A stretch of DNA of 64,000 nucleotides from a virus, in IMG/VR virus record IMGVR_UViG_3300043446_003158, positions 32,001 through 96,000 of that record. One strand, written 5' to 3'. Made by a program: the position numbers and the translations under genes. Below, one piece after another: positions 9,001-16,600 of this stretch. Positions within the stretch are counted from its first letter, which is position 1. Each line of letters begins with the position of its first letter. The notes beneath the pieces were generated by a model, which ran no database searches, was not told the DNA's origin, and saw nothing but the letters and a program-made list of their open reading frames with translations.

Positions 9001-11596
9001 CATTACCACACAACAAATATTCATTGCTGAGTGTAGAATAAGTTAATCCTCCACTAGATCCAGATCCACCAACAGTGGTTCTTGCAAACCAAACAATTGC
9101 GTCAGTTGAAGATCCTAACCCATTTATTGTTGGACTAAGATAGACAAAATTACCATCAGTACTTGAATTTAAATTATTAGAAGTTACATAATTAATTACT
9201 GTGCTGCCTAAAGTTTGAACAGAAGTTCTTAAAGTCCAAACAGTAAGTGGTTGTAAAGTGCCACCTATTAAAAATTCATTAGAATTATAAGTAGCACCAG
9301 AAATAGAAGTAGAACCAAACCCAGAAGTTCTTAATTGCCAAATAACAGTATCAGTAGATGAAGCTAAAGTAGCACCAGCACCTCCAGCAATATAAGTTGT
9401 AATTCCACTTGATGGACTACCATTAGATGCTACTGCAATAATACTATTTGTAGAGAATATGGTTGTAGTTCTTACATACCATGTTACATCTGTAGCATAA
9501 CCACCTATTAAATATTCACCAACTTCTCCATTAAATGTTGAATATGTTAAACTAGTTACTGATGTTGATCCAAAACCAGAAGTTCTTAAAATCCAATTTA
9601 CCCCATCAGTAGATCCACCAACAGTTCCAGAAAGTCCAGAAAATACAAAATTACTATTAGTACTTGAATTTAAATTGTTAGACGCAACATTTAAAATATT
9701 GTTTGCATAATTAGCAGCAGTTCTTAAAGTCCAAACGGTAAGTGGTTGTAAAGTTCCACCTATTAAATATTCACCATAATTGTAAGTAAGACCAGTAATA
9801 GCAGTTGATCCAAACCCAGAAGTTCTTAATTCCCAAATAGTTCCATCAGTTGATGAAGTTAGAGTGGCACCTGCTCCACCCGCAACATAAGTTGTAATTC
9901 CACTTAATGGACTGCCATTGGATGTTAAAAAAGAAATAGAAGTAGAACCAAATCCAGAAGTTCTTAAAGACCATATAAAATAAGTTGCAGTACCACCTAT
10001 TAAAAATTCTTTATTATTGTATGGCGAATACGCTAATCCAGAAACATTTGTTGATCCAAATCCAGAAGTTCTAAAAGACCAAGCAATAGTATCAGTAGAA
10101 GACCTTAGTGGACCGCCTCCAGTACCAGGACCTGCAGCAACATAATAACTTGTATTACTTTCAAATAAATTTCCAGATGATAATAAAGTAATACTAGAAG
10201 ATCCAAATCCAGAAGTTCTTAAAATCCAATCAAAAGTATTACCATACCCAATCATGTAGTAAGGATTTAAATATCCAATGGCAGAAACTCCATATGTTTC
10301 AAGTCCAGAAGTTCTTAATTCCCACTGAATACCATCAGAAGAATTAGAAACGACTCCAGAAGAACTTACAGCAAGATATTTGTATGTTGATCCAAAAATA
10401 AGACCAGTGATTGCAGAAGAACCAAAACCACTTGCTGTTCTAAAAGTCCAAGCGATACCATCACTAGATGATTTTAATGTTCCACCAGTTCCAGCAATCA
10501 AATAACCTTCAGTTAATCCAGATCCATAAACCATGGATTGAATAAGACTGCTTCCAAATCCAGATGTTCTGAAAGTCCAAGATACAGAATCTGTAGATGA
10601 TCTTAATGTCCCACCGCTAGTTCCAGGACCAGATGCAAGATATAATGAATTTCCATATAAAAGATTATTAATTGCGCTACTTCCAAAACCAGAAGTTCTA
10701 AAAGACCATCCATTAAATCCTGAAGATATTGCCCCACCACCAGAACCACCAGATCCGTGTTTTCCACCATAATATAATGGATCAATTCCAGAACTACCAT
10801 TTCCTCCAGATGAACTTCCCCCAGATATTAAATAAGTATTATTAAATGCATAAGCAGTTACACTTCCACCAGAAACACCAGATTGTGTGCCATAAGATCC
10901 TCCACCACCACCAGAAGGGACTACCGTTTGACTTACATTTTCACCACTTCCAATCGCAGATCCAGATCCACCATCACCTCCAGTATAACCAACAGTATAA
11001 TTATAAGTTACAGAAGCTCCCCCAGGACCTTTGGTTGATCCAGAAGCTGCAGATCCACCAGCAGCATTAACAGAATAAGTAGTAGTTCCACTAGTTGAGT
11101 TTCCAGTCCAAGAAACTGTAGATGCATATCCAGCGGTTGGAGTTGTTCCCCCAGTTCCTCCTTTACCAACATCAACTGTAAATGTAGTTTCAGAAGATGC
11201 TATTTCAGAACGTCTAATTTCAAATTTAGCATATATACCACCACCACCACCTCCACCAGATGCACCACCAGTTGCAGTTTGCCCACCACCACCAGCACCA
11301 ACTAATTCAATTGTAAAAAACGATGCTGCAGGGGGAATGTAAAAAGTACTACTACCAATAGAAGTAAATTCTTGGTATCCTTTATATGTATTAGAACTTG
11401 AAGAAGAAAATCTAGAATCAACTGATTCCCAACTAGCAGTAACTATACCAACACTTGCAGAATCAATAACTAAGAAAGAATCCTGCACTGGATATGGTCT
11501 TGCAATTAAATCAACATAACGTCGGTTAACTGCATCATCTGAATTTAATATTGAAGAACTTACACCCGTAACTTTATTGCTATCTAATGAAGCCAT
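1..11596 (-). CDS. Giant virion/adhesin-like protein (>3,865 aa, runs off the window): N-terminal Gly-rich module plus roughly 75-80 beta-propeller-type repeats
   Basis: ATG at 11596 (MASLDSNKVTGVSSSILNSDDAVNRRYVD). The same frame at the window edge still reads repeat text (TYVAAGASGTLMTSTDTISWTLQTSGF). No stop-terminated ORF from this ATG appears in the track, consistent with an open frame to position 1. Repeat consensus: STDxxxWTxRTSGFGxSxIxxLxYG...YxxxGxxGxL (Asp-box/BNR-like, about 45 aa). Confidence 0.85.
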   Translation of the reverse strand, partial: MASLDSNKVTGVSSSILNSDDAVNRRYVDLIARPYPVQDSFLVIDSASVGIVTASWESVDSRFSSSSSNTYKGYQEFTSIGSSTFYIPPAASFFTIELVGAGGGGQTATGGASGGGGGGGIYAKFEIRRSEIASSETTFTVDVGKGGTGGTTPTAGYASTVSWTGNSTSGTTTYSVNAAGGSAASGSTKGPGGASVTYNYTVGYTGGDGGSGSAIGSGENVSQTVVPSGGGGGSYGTQSGVSGGSVTAYAFNNTYLISGGSSSGGNGSSGIDPLYYGGKHGSGGSGGGAISSGFNGWSFRTSGFGSSAINNLLYGNSLYLASGPGTSGGTLRSSTDSVSWTFRTSGFGSSLIQSMVYGSGLTEGYLIAGTGGTLKSSSDGIAWTFRTASGFGSSAITGLIFGSTYKYLAVSSSGVVSNSSDGIQWELRTSGLETYGVSAIGYLNPYYMIGYGNTFDWILRTSGFGSSSITLLSSGNLFESNTSYYVAAGPGTGGGPLRSSTDTIAWSFRTSGFGSTNVSGLAYSPYNNKEFLIGGTATYFIWSLRTSGFGSTSISFLTSNGSPLSGITTYVAGGAGATLTSSTDGTIWELRTSGFGSTAITGLTYNYGEYLIGGTLQPLTVWTLRTAANYANNILNVASNNLNSSTNSNFVFSGLSGTVGGSTDGVNWILRTSGFGSTSVTSLTYSTFNGEVGEYLIGGYATDVTWYVRTTTIFSTNSIIAVASNGSPSSGITTYIAGGAGATLASSTDTVIWQLRTSGFGSTSISGATYNSNEFLIGGTLQPLTVWTLRTSVQTLGSTVINYVTSNNLNSSTDGNFVYLSPTINGLGSSTDAIVWFARTTVGGSGSSGGLTYSTLSNEYLLCGNATASTTWTARTSGVATAINLVTFNNQSSSTIPNFAYVTGASIYGSTDSIAWVSPAATGFGSTTISSLTYFNGEYLIGGFSGNVTTWILRTAVTTQQVNQIAYTNKATLSPPNLFVNAYSGGSLRSSTDTIAWSLRTSGFGTSSIATITYSSFNNGEFLAAAATTISTLWTLRTAGFGTTHIWDLANNNKTSSTISNFISAGTNGFVGGSTDGIRWVLRTCGFGTTRIDSATWSSFGGESNQGEYLIGGFTPTTTWTFRTSGFGTSAISSIVYNFRTSSTISNLAAFGSQGSVAGSTDGVVWIQRTSGFGTSAISTLVWSSLNGGEFLIGGSTVSRVWSLRTTPFNVANAQVYTLSYGSTAPSASDKYVAATGNISPYQVASSSDSIIWIIRTTAVAFGSFTPQGSAWSSLSSEYLITSYGSTMWTFRTTSGFGSTGIFGSSYYSSTNEFVAVGLSNNTSWNLRTAVFGATENVNCSTYDGSNFILGGASGTISVSTNTINWVLRTSSTASTSITALLYASGSPFPYVYGGSTGQISSSSDGIRWSLRTAGFGTSQVYSLAYGFVNSTHTYIICGGASIKTSTDTIAWTFRTSGFGSTSIGAVTFSNATSEKFVAVGNNGTTRSSTDGIAWTFRTAGTAPSGFLSLIYSNSTYGYVTGGTSGALSVSTDAIAWTLRTTGFGTTSVSTISFDSISNSYVIGGPNGTVKTSTDTISWIFRTSTTANGFLTLAYANELHVSGSQNGFVQSSTTSRLNGVGAGALIATSSDSIYWVLRTTCSNIQGVSASAYRPIASGSGYTLGGFTNYLGAGGILASSTDNISWFIRTIGFGTSAITAVAFLNSNYYAASITGDLSFSTDTINWTFRTSGFGTSAINNLAYGALPAVNFLAVGPAATLRSSTDGIAWTFRTSGFGATGITQVVYAGDQSSNKYVIGGVNGLVRSSTDAIAWVLRTVSGLSTNTVTSLEYNSGVFVISGSSVSLTSTDSIVWVIRTSGFGSSTINTTAYGNNIWMQGGNGATVIASRQDILSQLGTGFTLQASTDGISWVARTTPFGSANPTFLATQSVGSYSLVGCQDYFGFNNGIICASSDNVIWTLRTSGFGNTAVRGFTYDGSTTYLAVGNSGIIMASTDTISWVYRTSPSTGYLLYSATYAPEFEQKYIVSGNQVTLTSTDSIRWVIRTTANIIGSYTPVVYSNGVALLNAASASSTDAITWILRTTGIAGQNIASPGNGIFLIGGLFTGSNAAIAISTPLLLSSLGTGGVLRASTDTIAWVTRTSPYNIESIDQFSSTPSYVFSRVTNQISQSALISSTDNITWELRTQGIGSFGSSSILSVAYGNNTYSLTLSANGQVFSSDDSLSWIARTSASGNATSTMLLYGERFLTYDITNGIRVSTDSINWFIRTQATAIASGTYSSGYYDNGLYVLSSASSPFGNTITSTDTINWVLRTTGFGSSLILTTSELTDVWIIGGQGGTIQSATRSSLDLLGSGALLRASTDSIAWTTRTTPLSTVGINNWSLKQNGSYVFCGLRDYRGSNTALALSTDNVIWTLRTTGLLGNQLVYGSLYDGSNYLVTSDLGGIAISSDSIFWTLRTSGFGTSAIYIAQYASDQSQRYLIAGANSTIASSTDAITWFIRTLGFAGSDVRDINYSNNVYLANLTTALLVSTDTITWQLRTSVFTNINAITYHSLLDSYVVGGDNGAMEYATASLVKSNGTGAFLRASTDSIAWVTRTAPYNTQNAGAIEFGGSYVVFQSPDYSGNGTNICVSTDNIIWILRTTGLDGDQIRSLWYASGQTNPYIAAGTRGSFIVSSDTISWTLRTTGYQTATITSLTFGSLPSSTYVIGLNTGEIATSTDSITWEAGNAAGGLSTNVSKLYYSNGDYLCVSNGTTNYVASSTNGIMWVLRTNATTTASYNAIISNSTGSEFLIGSTGGSVQYATSSSISLGTGGILRASADLSSWTTRTTTYDSLSVTYLNAAGSYVFGNLSNYYGGTGADLIMSTNNISWSLLNTGLGTGVNSILYDGTNYVAAGAIGSLATSTDTISWTLRTAGFGTSTINGISYGSDKVEKYVAIGVNGTLRSSTDSISWSIRTSGFGTSTITSILYRSPFYLIAGAQGRNQTSTDGITWIIRTTTGFGTSQINSVTYGNNNYLMVGGSGIMNSSINLSYGYGGVIGASTDSIIWVLRTSPTGIIGISAIESVGSYVLAGSSDITGGSGGLIASTNNIIWQFRSSGFGISAINAFTYGSLPTDTYVAAGASGTLMTSTDTISWTLQTSGFGTTSISSLTYSSSPSATYVAGGPSGTLTSSTDGIAWTLRTTGLGTTTINAVNSYSGTYVIAASNGRTLTSTDTIVWILRTNSGFGTSAITDIAYGSGADVWIASGNSGNLIMTSNHLSIRNLGTGGLLRASTDSIAWVTRTTSASVQAISVMEKEGSYSIATGTNSLSQTIITVSTDNIIWVLRTSGFGTTAINAFTYGSLPTDTYVAAGASGTLMTSTDTISWTLQTSGFGTSNLASLAYGTVGPSSQPYYVVGSAGGAIGASTDAIAWTIRTSGAGFGTSTANVASYINFDLDAFVVGGSSGRILTSTDSFVWILRTSGFGTSSINCIASGGSGFNSTYIIGGVNGTLASSTGPILYGLGAGSLISASTDSISWQIRTTPLSNQNTTDLEYSGSYVLAHTTNYLGQSGGLIVSTNNIIWVLRTSGFGLTAINAFTYGSLPTDTYVAAGASGTLMTSTDTISWTLQTSGFGATNINGLAYGNQPTSTYVAAGNNATIMTSTDAIAWAFRTTPSGLGTTTINSVRYYDGAYVIAANTGRSLTSTDGIVWIMRTTGSATANLCLTYGSGADVWLMAGVISTNATIMTSNHLSIRNLGTGGLLRASTDSIAWVTRTTSASVQAISVMEKEGSYSIATGTNSLSQTIITVSTDNIIWVLRTSGFGTTAINAFTYGSLPTDTYVAAGASGTLMTSTDTISWTLQTSGFLTNSINNLAYGSSPTTTYV
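59..1840. repeat. 363-bp exact direct repeat (59-421 and 1478-1840); a 108-bp core also occurs at 758-865 and 2171-2278
   Basis: Direct sequence comparison; offsets from the first copy (699, 1419 and 2112 bp) are all multiples of 3. Confidence 0.9.
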
Positions 11597-11624
11597 TTAA
11601 TTACTTTTACCGTAAAAATATTTA

Positions 11625-12587
11625 TCAGAACCAAGTGACCCTAACAAAACCATTTCCACCATTTCCACCTGTTCCAAACCCAGATACAACACTTCCACCT
11701 CCTCCACCACCACTTCCGCGACTACCTTGTCCTCCTGCTCCAGCACCACTAGTATTAACAGCACCTCCTCCCCCACCACCATATCCATAATTAATTCCAT
11801 CTATTGCGGTGGAAGAAGTTCCATTAGCATTTCCAGAACCACCAGATGCCGCTAGTGTATTTCCATACAAACTTATAGATCCTCCTGATCCACCAGTATA
11901 AGAAGTAGAAGTAGTGGATCTTGCACCTGAACCTCCACCAGTTGCTTGATATGAATTACTTTGTGCAGTAGCAGAACTACCAGTTCCATCTGTAGCTCTT
12001 CCAGAAGCTCCAGCAAGTCCCACAGTAGTGTAGTGCCTACCAGTTTGAAATCCTTGAGATAATGCAGCAACTCCAGAAGAACCAGCGCCCAATGAAGTTA
12101 GAGTTACAACTCCAACTGTATTGTTTGAAGTAAATGAAACTGTAGAAGCAACTCCTGCAGATCCAGATTGTCCATCAGAAATTCCACCTGTTCCACCAGA
12201 ACCAACTATAATTGTTAAATCGGAATTAATTAAATTAGTTGGTATATACCAACTAGTATAAGATCCAGATCCACCACCATGTCCAGAAGTTCCATTACTA
12301 GCACCAGATCCACCTCCGCCACCTCCTCCCATTATTTCAATAAACAAAATATTAGATCCAGAATAAACTGTAAAAGTTTGCTGTCCTACAGAAGTAAATT
12401 CTTGACTGTTTGATATATAATTCCATGATTGTGATATTCCATCAGTAGAATATAAATATTTTCCACTATTTCCAGTTACAGATGGTATTGGAACAACTTG
12501 ATCAACATATTGTTTATTGACAACTTCAGTTAATTCAAAAACATTTGTTGTTATTCCAGATATTTTGTTAGAATGTGCGGTTGTCAT
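11625..12587 (-). CDS. Glycine-rich tail-fibre/adhesin-like protein (320 aa)
   Basis: VVNKQYVD fibre motif, QEFTSVG..TF, many poly-Gly runs, ends GGNGGNGFVRVTWF. Confidence 0.75.
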   Translation of the reverse strand: MTTAHSNKISGITTNVFELTEVVNKQYVDQVVPIPSVTGNSGKYLYSTDGISQSWNYISNSQEFTSVGQQTFTVYSGSNILFIEIMGGGGGGGSGASNGTSGHGGGSGSYTSWYIPTNLINSDLTIIVGSGGTGGISDGQSGSAGVASTVSFTSNNTVGVVTLTSLGAGSSGVAALSQGFQTGRHYTTVGLAGASGRATDGTGSSATAQSNSYQATGGGSGARSTTSTSYTGGSGGSISLYGNTLAASGGSGNANGTSSTAIDGINYGYGGGGGGAVNTSGAGAGGQGSRGSGGGGGGSVVSGFGTGGNGGNGFVRVTWF

Positions 12588-12590
12588 GTC

Positions 12591-13652
12591 TTATCCTCTC
12601 CACATTATCATTACATATCCAGCACCGCCATTTCCACCATTTCCAGATGCTTGACTTCCAAAAACAGAATTTCCTTGTCCTCCTCCTCCGCCGCCGCCGC
12701 CACCACCACGAGTACCAACTCCTCCAGGAGTTCCACTAGCTTGAGAACCTGGTCCTCCTGAACCACCATATCCATATGATAATCCAGTGATTGCAGTAGA
12801 AGCTCTAGACGTAGTTGTTGTTTGATAAGTATTATTGTATACATATATTGCTCCACCAACTCCCTGTACATAATCAGATCCAGCATTTGATCCTCCCCCA
12901 CCTCCACCAGTACACTGATATCTTGAACTCATATTAGTTCCATTACCAGCAGTTTGTATATTTGGTGCGGAAATTCTTGCGCCTCTACCACCAGCAGTTC
13001 CAGCAGTGGCCCAAACATAGTTAGGATCAGTGGTAATTACTCCACCAGGACCACCAGCGCCACCTACAGATGGAGCAGTATTGCCTCCAATTCCAGCACC
13101 TCCACCAGATCCACCAGGAGCTGTTAGTGTATAAGTATATCCCCCAGTTCCAGTCCAAGAAACTGTCGTAGATCCTCCTGCAGTTCCTACAGTTCCACTT
13201 GAACCTGCTGCTGGTGATCCAGGTCCACCAGGTCCACCCGCACCAACAGTAATATCTATTGTAGATCCTGTTATATTAGATCTGGGAATTATCCACATTG
13301 CAGAAGATCCTCCTCCGCCGCCACCTCCACCAGAATCATATCCATAAAATCCACTTGGTCCACTACCTCCACCACCTCCGCCACCTCCACCGCCAGTTAA
13401 AATAAAAGTAAATTCTTTAGCTTGAGTAGGTATTGTGAAGGTTGAACTTCCAGAAGTTGTATATTGAATATATGAAGTAATTCCAACCCAAGAGTTTGTA
13501 GATCCATCTGTATAAAGAAATTCATAAATTTCAGTGCTAGTTGGAGTTGTTATAGTATTCATACCGTCTACATGTTCTTTGTAGACTGCATCATAAGAAT
13601 CAACTGTAGTTGTTATACCACTAATATGAGTATTACCTATACTTACTGGCAT
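12591..13652 (-). CDS. Glycine-rich tail-fibre/adhesin-like protein (353 aa), paralog of 11625-12587
   Basis: DAVYKEHVD motif, poly-Gly runs, ends GGNGGAGYVMIMWRG. Confidence 0.75.
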   Translation of the reverse strand: MPVSIGNTHISGITTTVDSYDAVYKEHVDGMNTITTPTSTEIYEFLYTDGSTNSWVGITSYIQYTTSGSSTFTIPTQAKEFTFILTGGGGGGGGGGSGPSGFYGYDSGGGGGGGGSSAMWIIPRSNITGSTIDITVGAGGPGGPGSPAAGSSGTVGTAGGSTTVSWTGTGGYTYTLTAPGGSGGGAGIGGNTAPSVGGAGGPGGVITTDPNYVWATAGTAGGRGARISAPNIQTAGNGTNMSSRYQCTGGGGGGSNAGSDYVQGVGGAIYVYNNTYQTTTTSRASTAITGLSYGYGGSGGPGSQASGTPGGVGTRGGGGGGGGGGQGNSVFGSQASGNGGNGGAGYVMIMWRG

Positions 13653-13656
13653 TTTT

Positions 13657-16600
13657 TTATTTACTATCTATTTTTAAGTTAAGTTCTTTAATTGCTTCAA
13701 TCAATAAAGCAACCAAATTAGAATATGCAACTGATTTAACTTCATAATTTTCTGTTTTTTTCTTAGGGTACACTACATCAGGAACAATCTTTTCAATTTC
13801 TTGAGCTATAAGTCCTATTTGATGATCTCCACTATCTGTGCGATCAAATTCGACTCCACGTAACATTAGAACTTTATCTAAAGCATTTTCTATAGTTTTA
13901 ACATTTATTTTTAATATTTCATCGGAATTTGCCGTTAATGTTCCACCAGCAACAAGATTTCCTGTCGATGGATTAAATGTAAGTTTTGTTGATGATACAT
14001 AAGCAGTTTGTGCAGCTCCAGCAGTAACAGAAAGAATACCGACATACCAATTTGAATTTGTAGTTGTATCATCATATATTGTTACAGATCCGCTAGCATT
14101 TATGTTTGATAATTTAGATCCATCACCATAATAAGAAGTTGCACTAACAATTCCCAAAGAACCATAGAATGTAATTGCAGAACCAACTTGCATTACTTGA
14201 GTTGTTTTATCAAATGTTAAATTTGCAGATGCTCCAGCAGAATTATTATCATTAAATATAATTTGCTTATCAGATCCAGCAACAGGTCCTATTGTTCCCT
14301 GCAAACCTTGAAGTCCTTGTGTTCCCTGAACACCTTGAAGTCCTTGGGTTCCCTGAATTCCTTGAAGTCCTTGAGTTCCTTGAACACCCTGATCACCCTG
14401 GAGTCCTTGGGTTCCCTGAACTCCCTGCAATCCTTGTATTCCCTGATCACCCTGGAGTCCTTGTGTTCCTTGAACTCCCTGATCACCCTGGAGTCCTTGG
14501 GTTCCCTGAACACCTTGAAGTCCTTGAACTCCCTGTAAACCTTGTGTTCCCTGAACTCCCTGCAATCCTTGTGTTCCTTGAACTCCTTGGACACCTTGAA
14601 GTCCTTGAGTGCCTTGAACACCTTGGAGTCCTTGTGTTCCTTGAACTCCCTGATCACCCTGGAGTCCTTGTGTTCCTTGAACTCCCTGTAAACCTTGAGT
14701 ACCTTGAACACCTTGAAGTCCTTGGGTTCCTTGTGTTCCTTGAACTCCCTGTAAACCTTGAGTACCTTGAACACCTTGAAGTCCTTGGGTTCCTTGTGTT
14801 CCTTGAACTCCCTGTAAACCTTGAGTACCTTGAACACCTTGAAGTCCTTGGGTTCCTTGAACACCTTGATCACCTTGAAGTCCTTGGATTCCTTGAACTC
14901 CCTGCAATCCTTGAGTTCCTTGAGTTCCTTGAGTTCCTTGTGTTCCTTGTAAACCTTGGGTTCCTTGAACTCCTTGGACACCTTGAAGTCCTTGAGTGCC
15001 TTGAACACCTTGGAGTCCTTGTGTTCCTTGAACTCCCTGATCACCCTGGAGTCCTTGAGTGCCTTGAGTCCCCTGCAAACCTTGAGTTCCCTGAACTCCT
15101 TGAAGTCCTTGAGTACCTTGAGTACCTTGATCACCTTGAAGTCCTTGAAGTCCTTGAAGTCCTTGAGTACCTTGAACTCCCTGCAATCCTTGAGTTCCTT
15201 GAGTTCCTTGAACACCTTGGAGTCCTTGAGTACCTTGAACTCCCTGCAATCCTTGAGTTCCTTGAGTTCCTTGGAGTCCTTGAGTACCTTGAACTCCTTG
15301 TAAACCTTGAAGTCCTTGTGTTCCCTGAACACCTTGAAGTCCTTGTGTTCCTTGAACTCCCTGTAAACCTTGAGTACCTTGAAATCCATCAACACCTATA
15401 ACACCATCTTGCCCACGAAGACCTTGTAATCCTTGTAACCCAGCAGCATAAGGAGTAGTCCAAGAAACTCCAGCGCCAGTAGAAATAAGAACTGATCCAG
15501 CAGCGCCTACATTATTATAAATGTCCTTTAATGTAGAATTCAGTTCAATAGGACCTTCAAAAAGGAAGTTTCCAGTACCATCAATTTGTGCTCTTACTGC
15601 AGCAGAACTAGCATCAACAAAACGAAGACTTGGTGTTGATGTATTGCCATAAACATCAATATACCAAGAAGTAGCATTATCAGTTGCTCTACCAAAACTT
15701 AACTGACCACCTTCACTACCCGTATCAACTCTACCTGCTTTGATTTCTCCACCATTAAAGTTAAGAGATGTATCACTAACTTGCATTCCACCAGCAGCAA
15801 GCCTTACACCATTAGGAATTGTTAAAGTTCCAATACCAAGAGCATAGTTAAATGCCCAAGCATCAGTGTTCAATCCAGTGAAAGTACCAGACTTGAACCA
15901 CATTAATTGCTTATAAGTATCTGGAGTTATTTCTCCACCAGAATTAAAATTAACTAATGGACTACCTTCAGTGGATGCAATCGCAATACCACCAGTGTTT
16001 GCAGTGGTATCTGTAGAAACATCATTACCAAATGCATCTGTTATTACACCAACTACAATATCCTTATCTTTGATTCTAAGTTCATTAGATACAATATATG
16101 ATGATGTACCTCCGATAGTAATATTACCACCAACATAAAGATTAGATCCATCAAAAGTTAAATTACCAGAACCAGTAGGATTGTTGGAGCCATCTTTATA
16201 AACAATTTGATTGGCAGATCCTGCTACAGGTCCAGTTTGTCCTTGAACTCCCTGTAAACCTTGTGTTCCTTGAACTCCCTGCAATCCTTGTGTTCCCTGA
16301 ACACCTTGAACTCCTTGTAAACCTTGAGTACCTTGAACACCTTGAAGTCCTTGAGTACCTTGAGTACCTTGTAAACCTTGGGTTCCTTGAACTCCTTGTA
16401 GTCCTTGGATGCCCTGAACACCCTGAACACCTTGAAGTCCTTGTGCTCCTTGTGTTCCTTGTAAACCTTGGGTTCCTTGAACTCCTTGAAGTCCTTGAGT
16501 ACCTTGAACTCCTTGAAGTCCTTGGGTGCCTTGAACACCCTGAACACCTTGAAGTCCTTGTGCTCCTTGTGTTCCTTGTAAACCTTGGGTTCCTTGTACT

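Noticed and set aside
3623-12907. Short ORFs in the track within the giant gene and the Gly-rich genes
   Set aside because: Antisense or off-frame to well-supported minus-strand genes.
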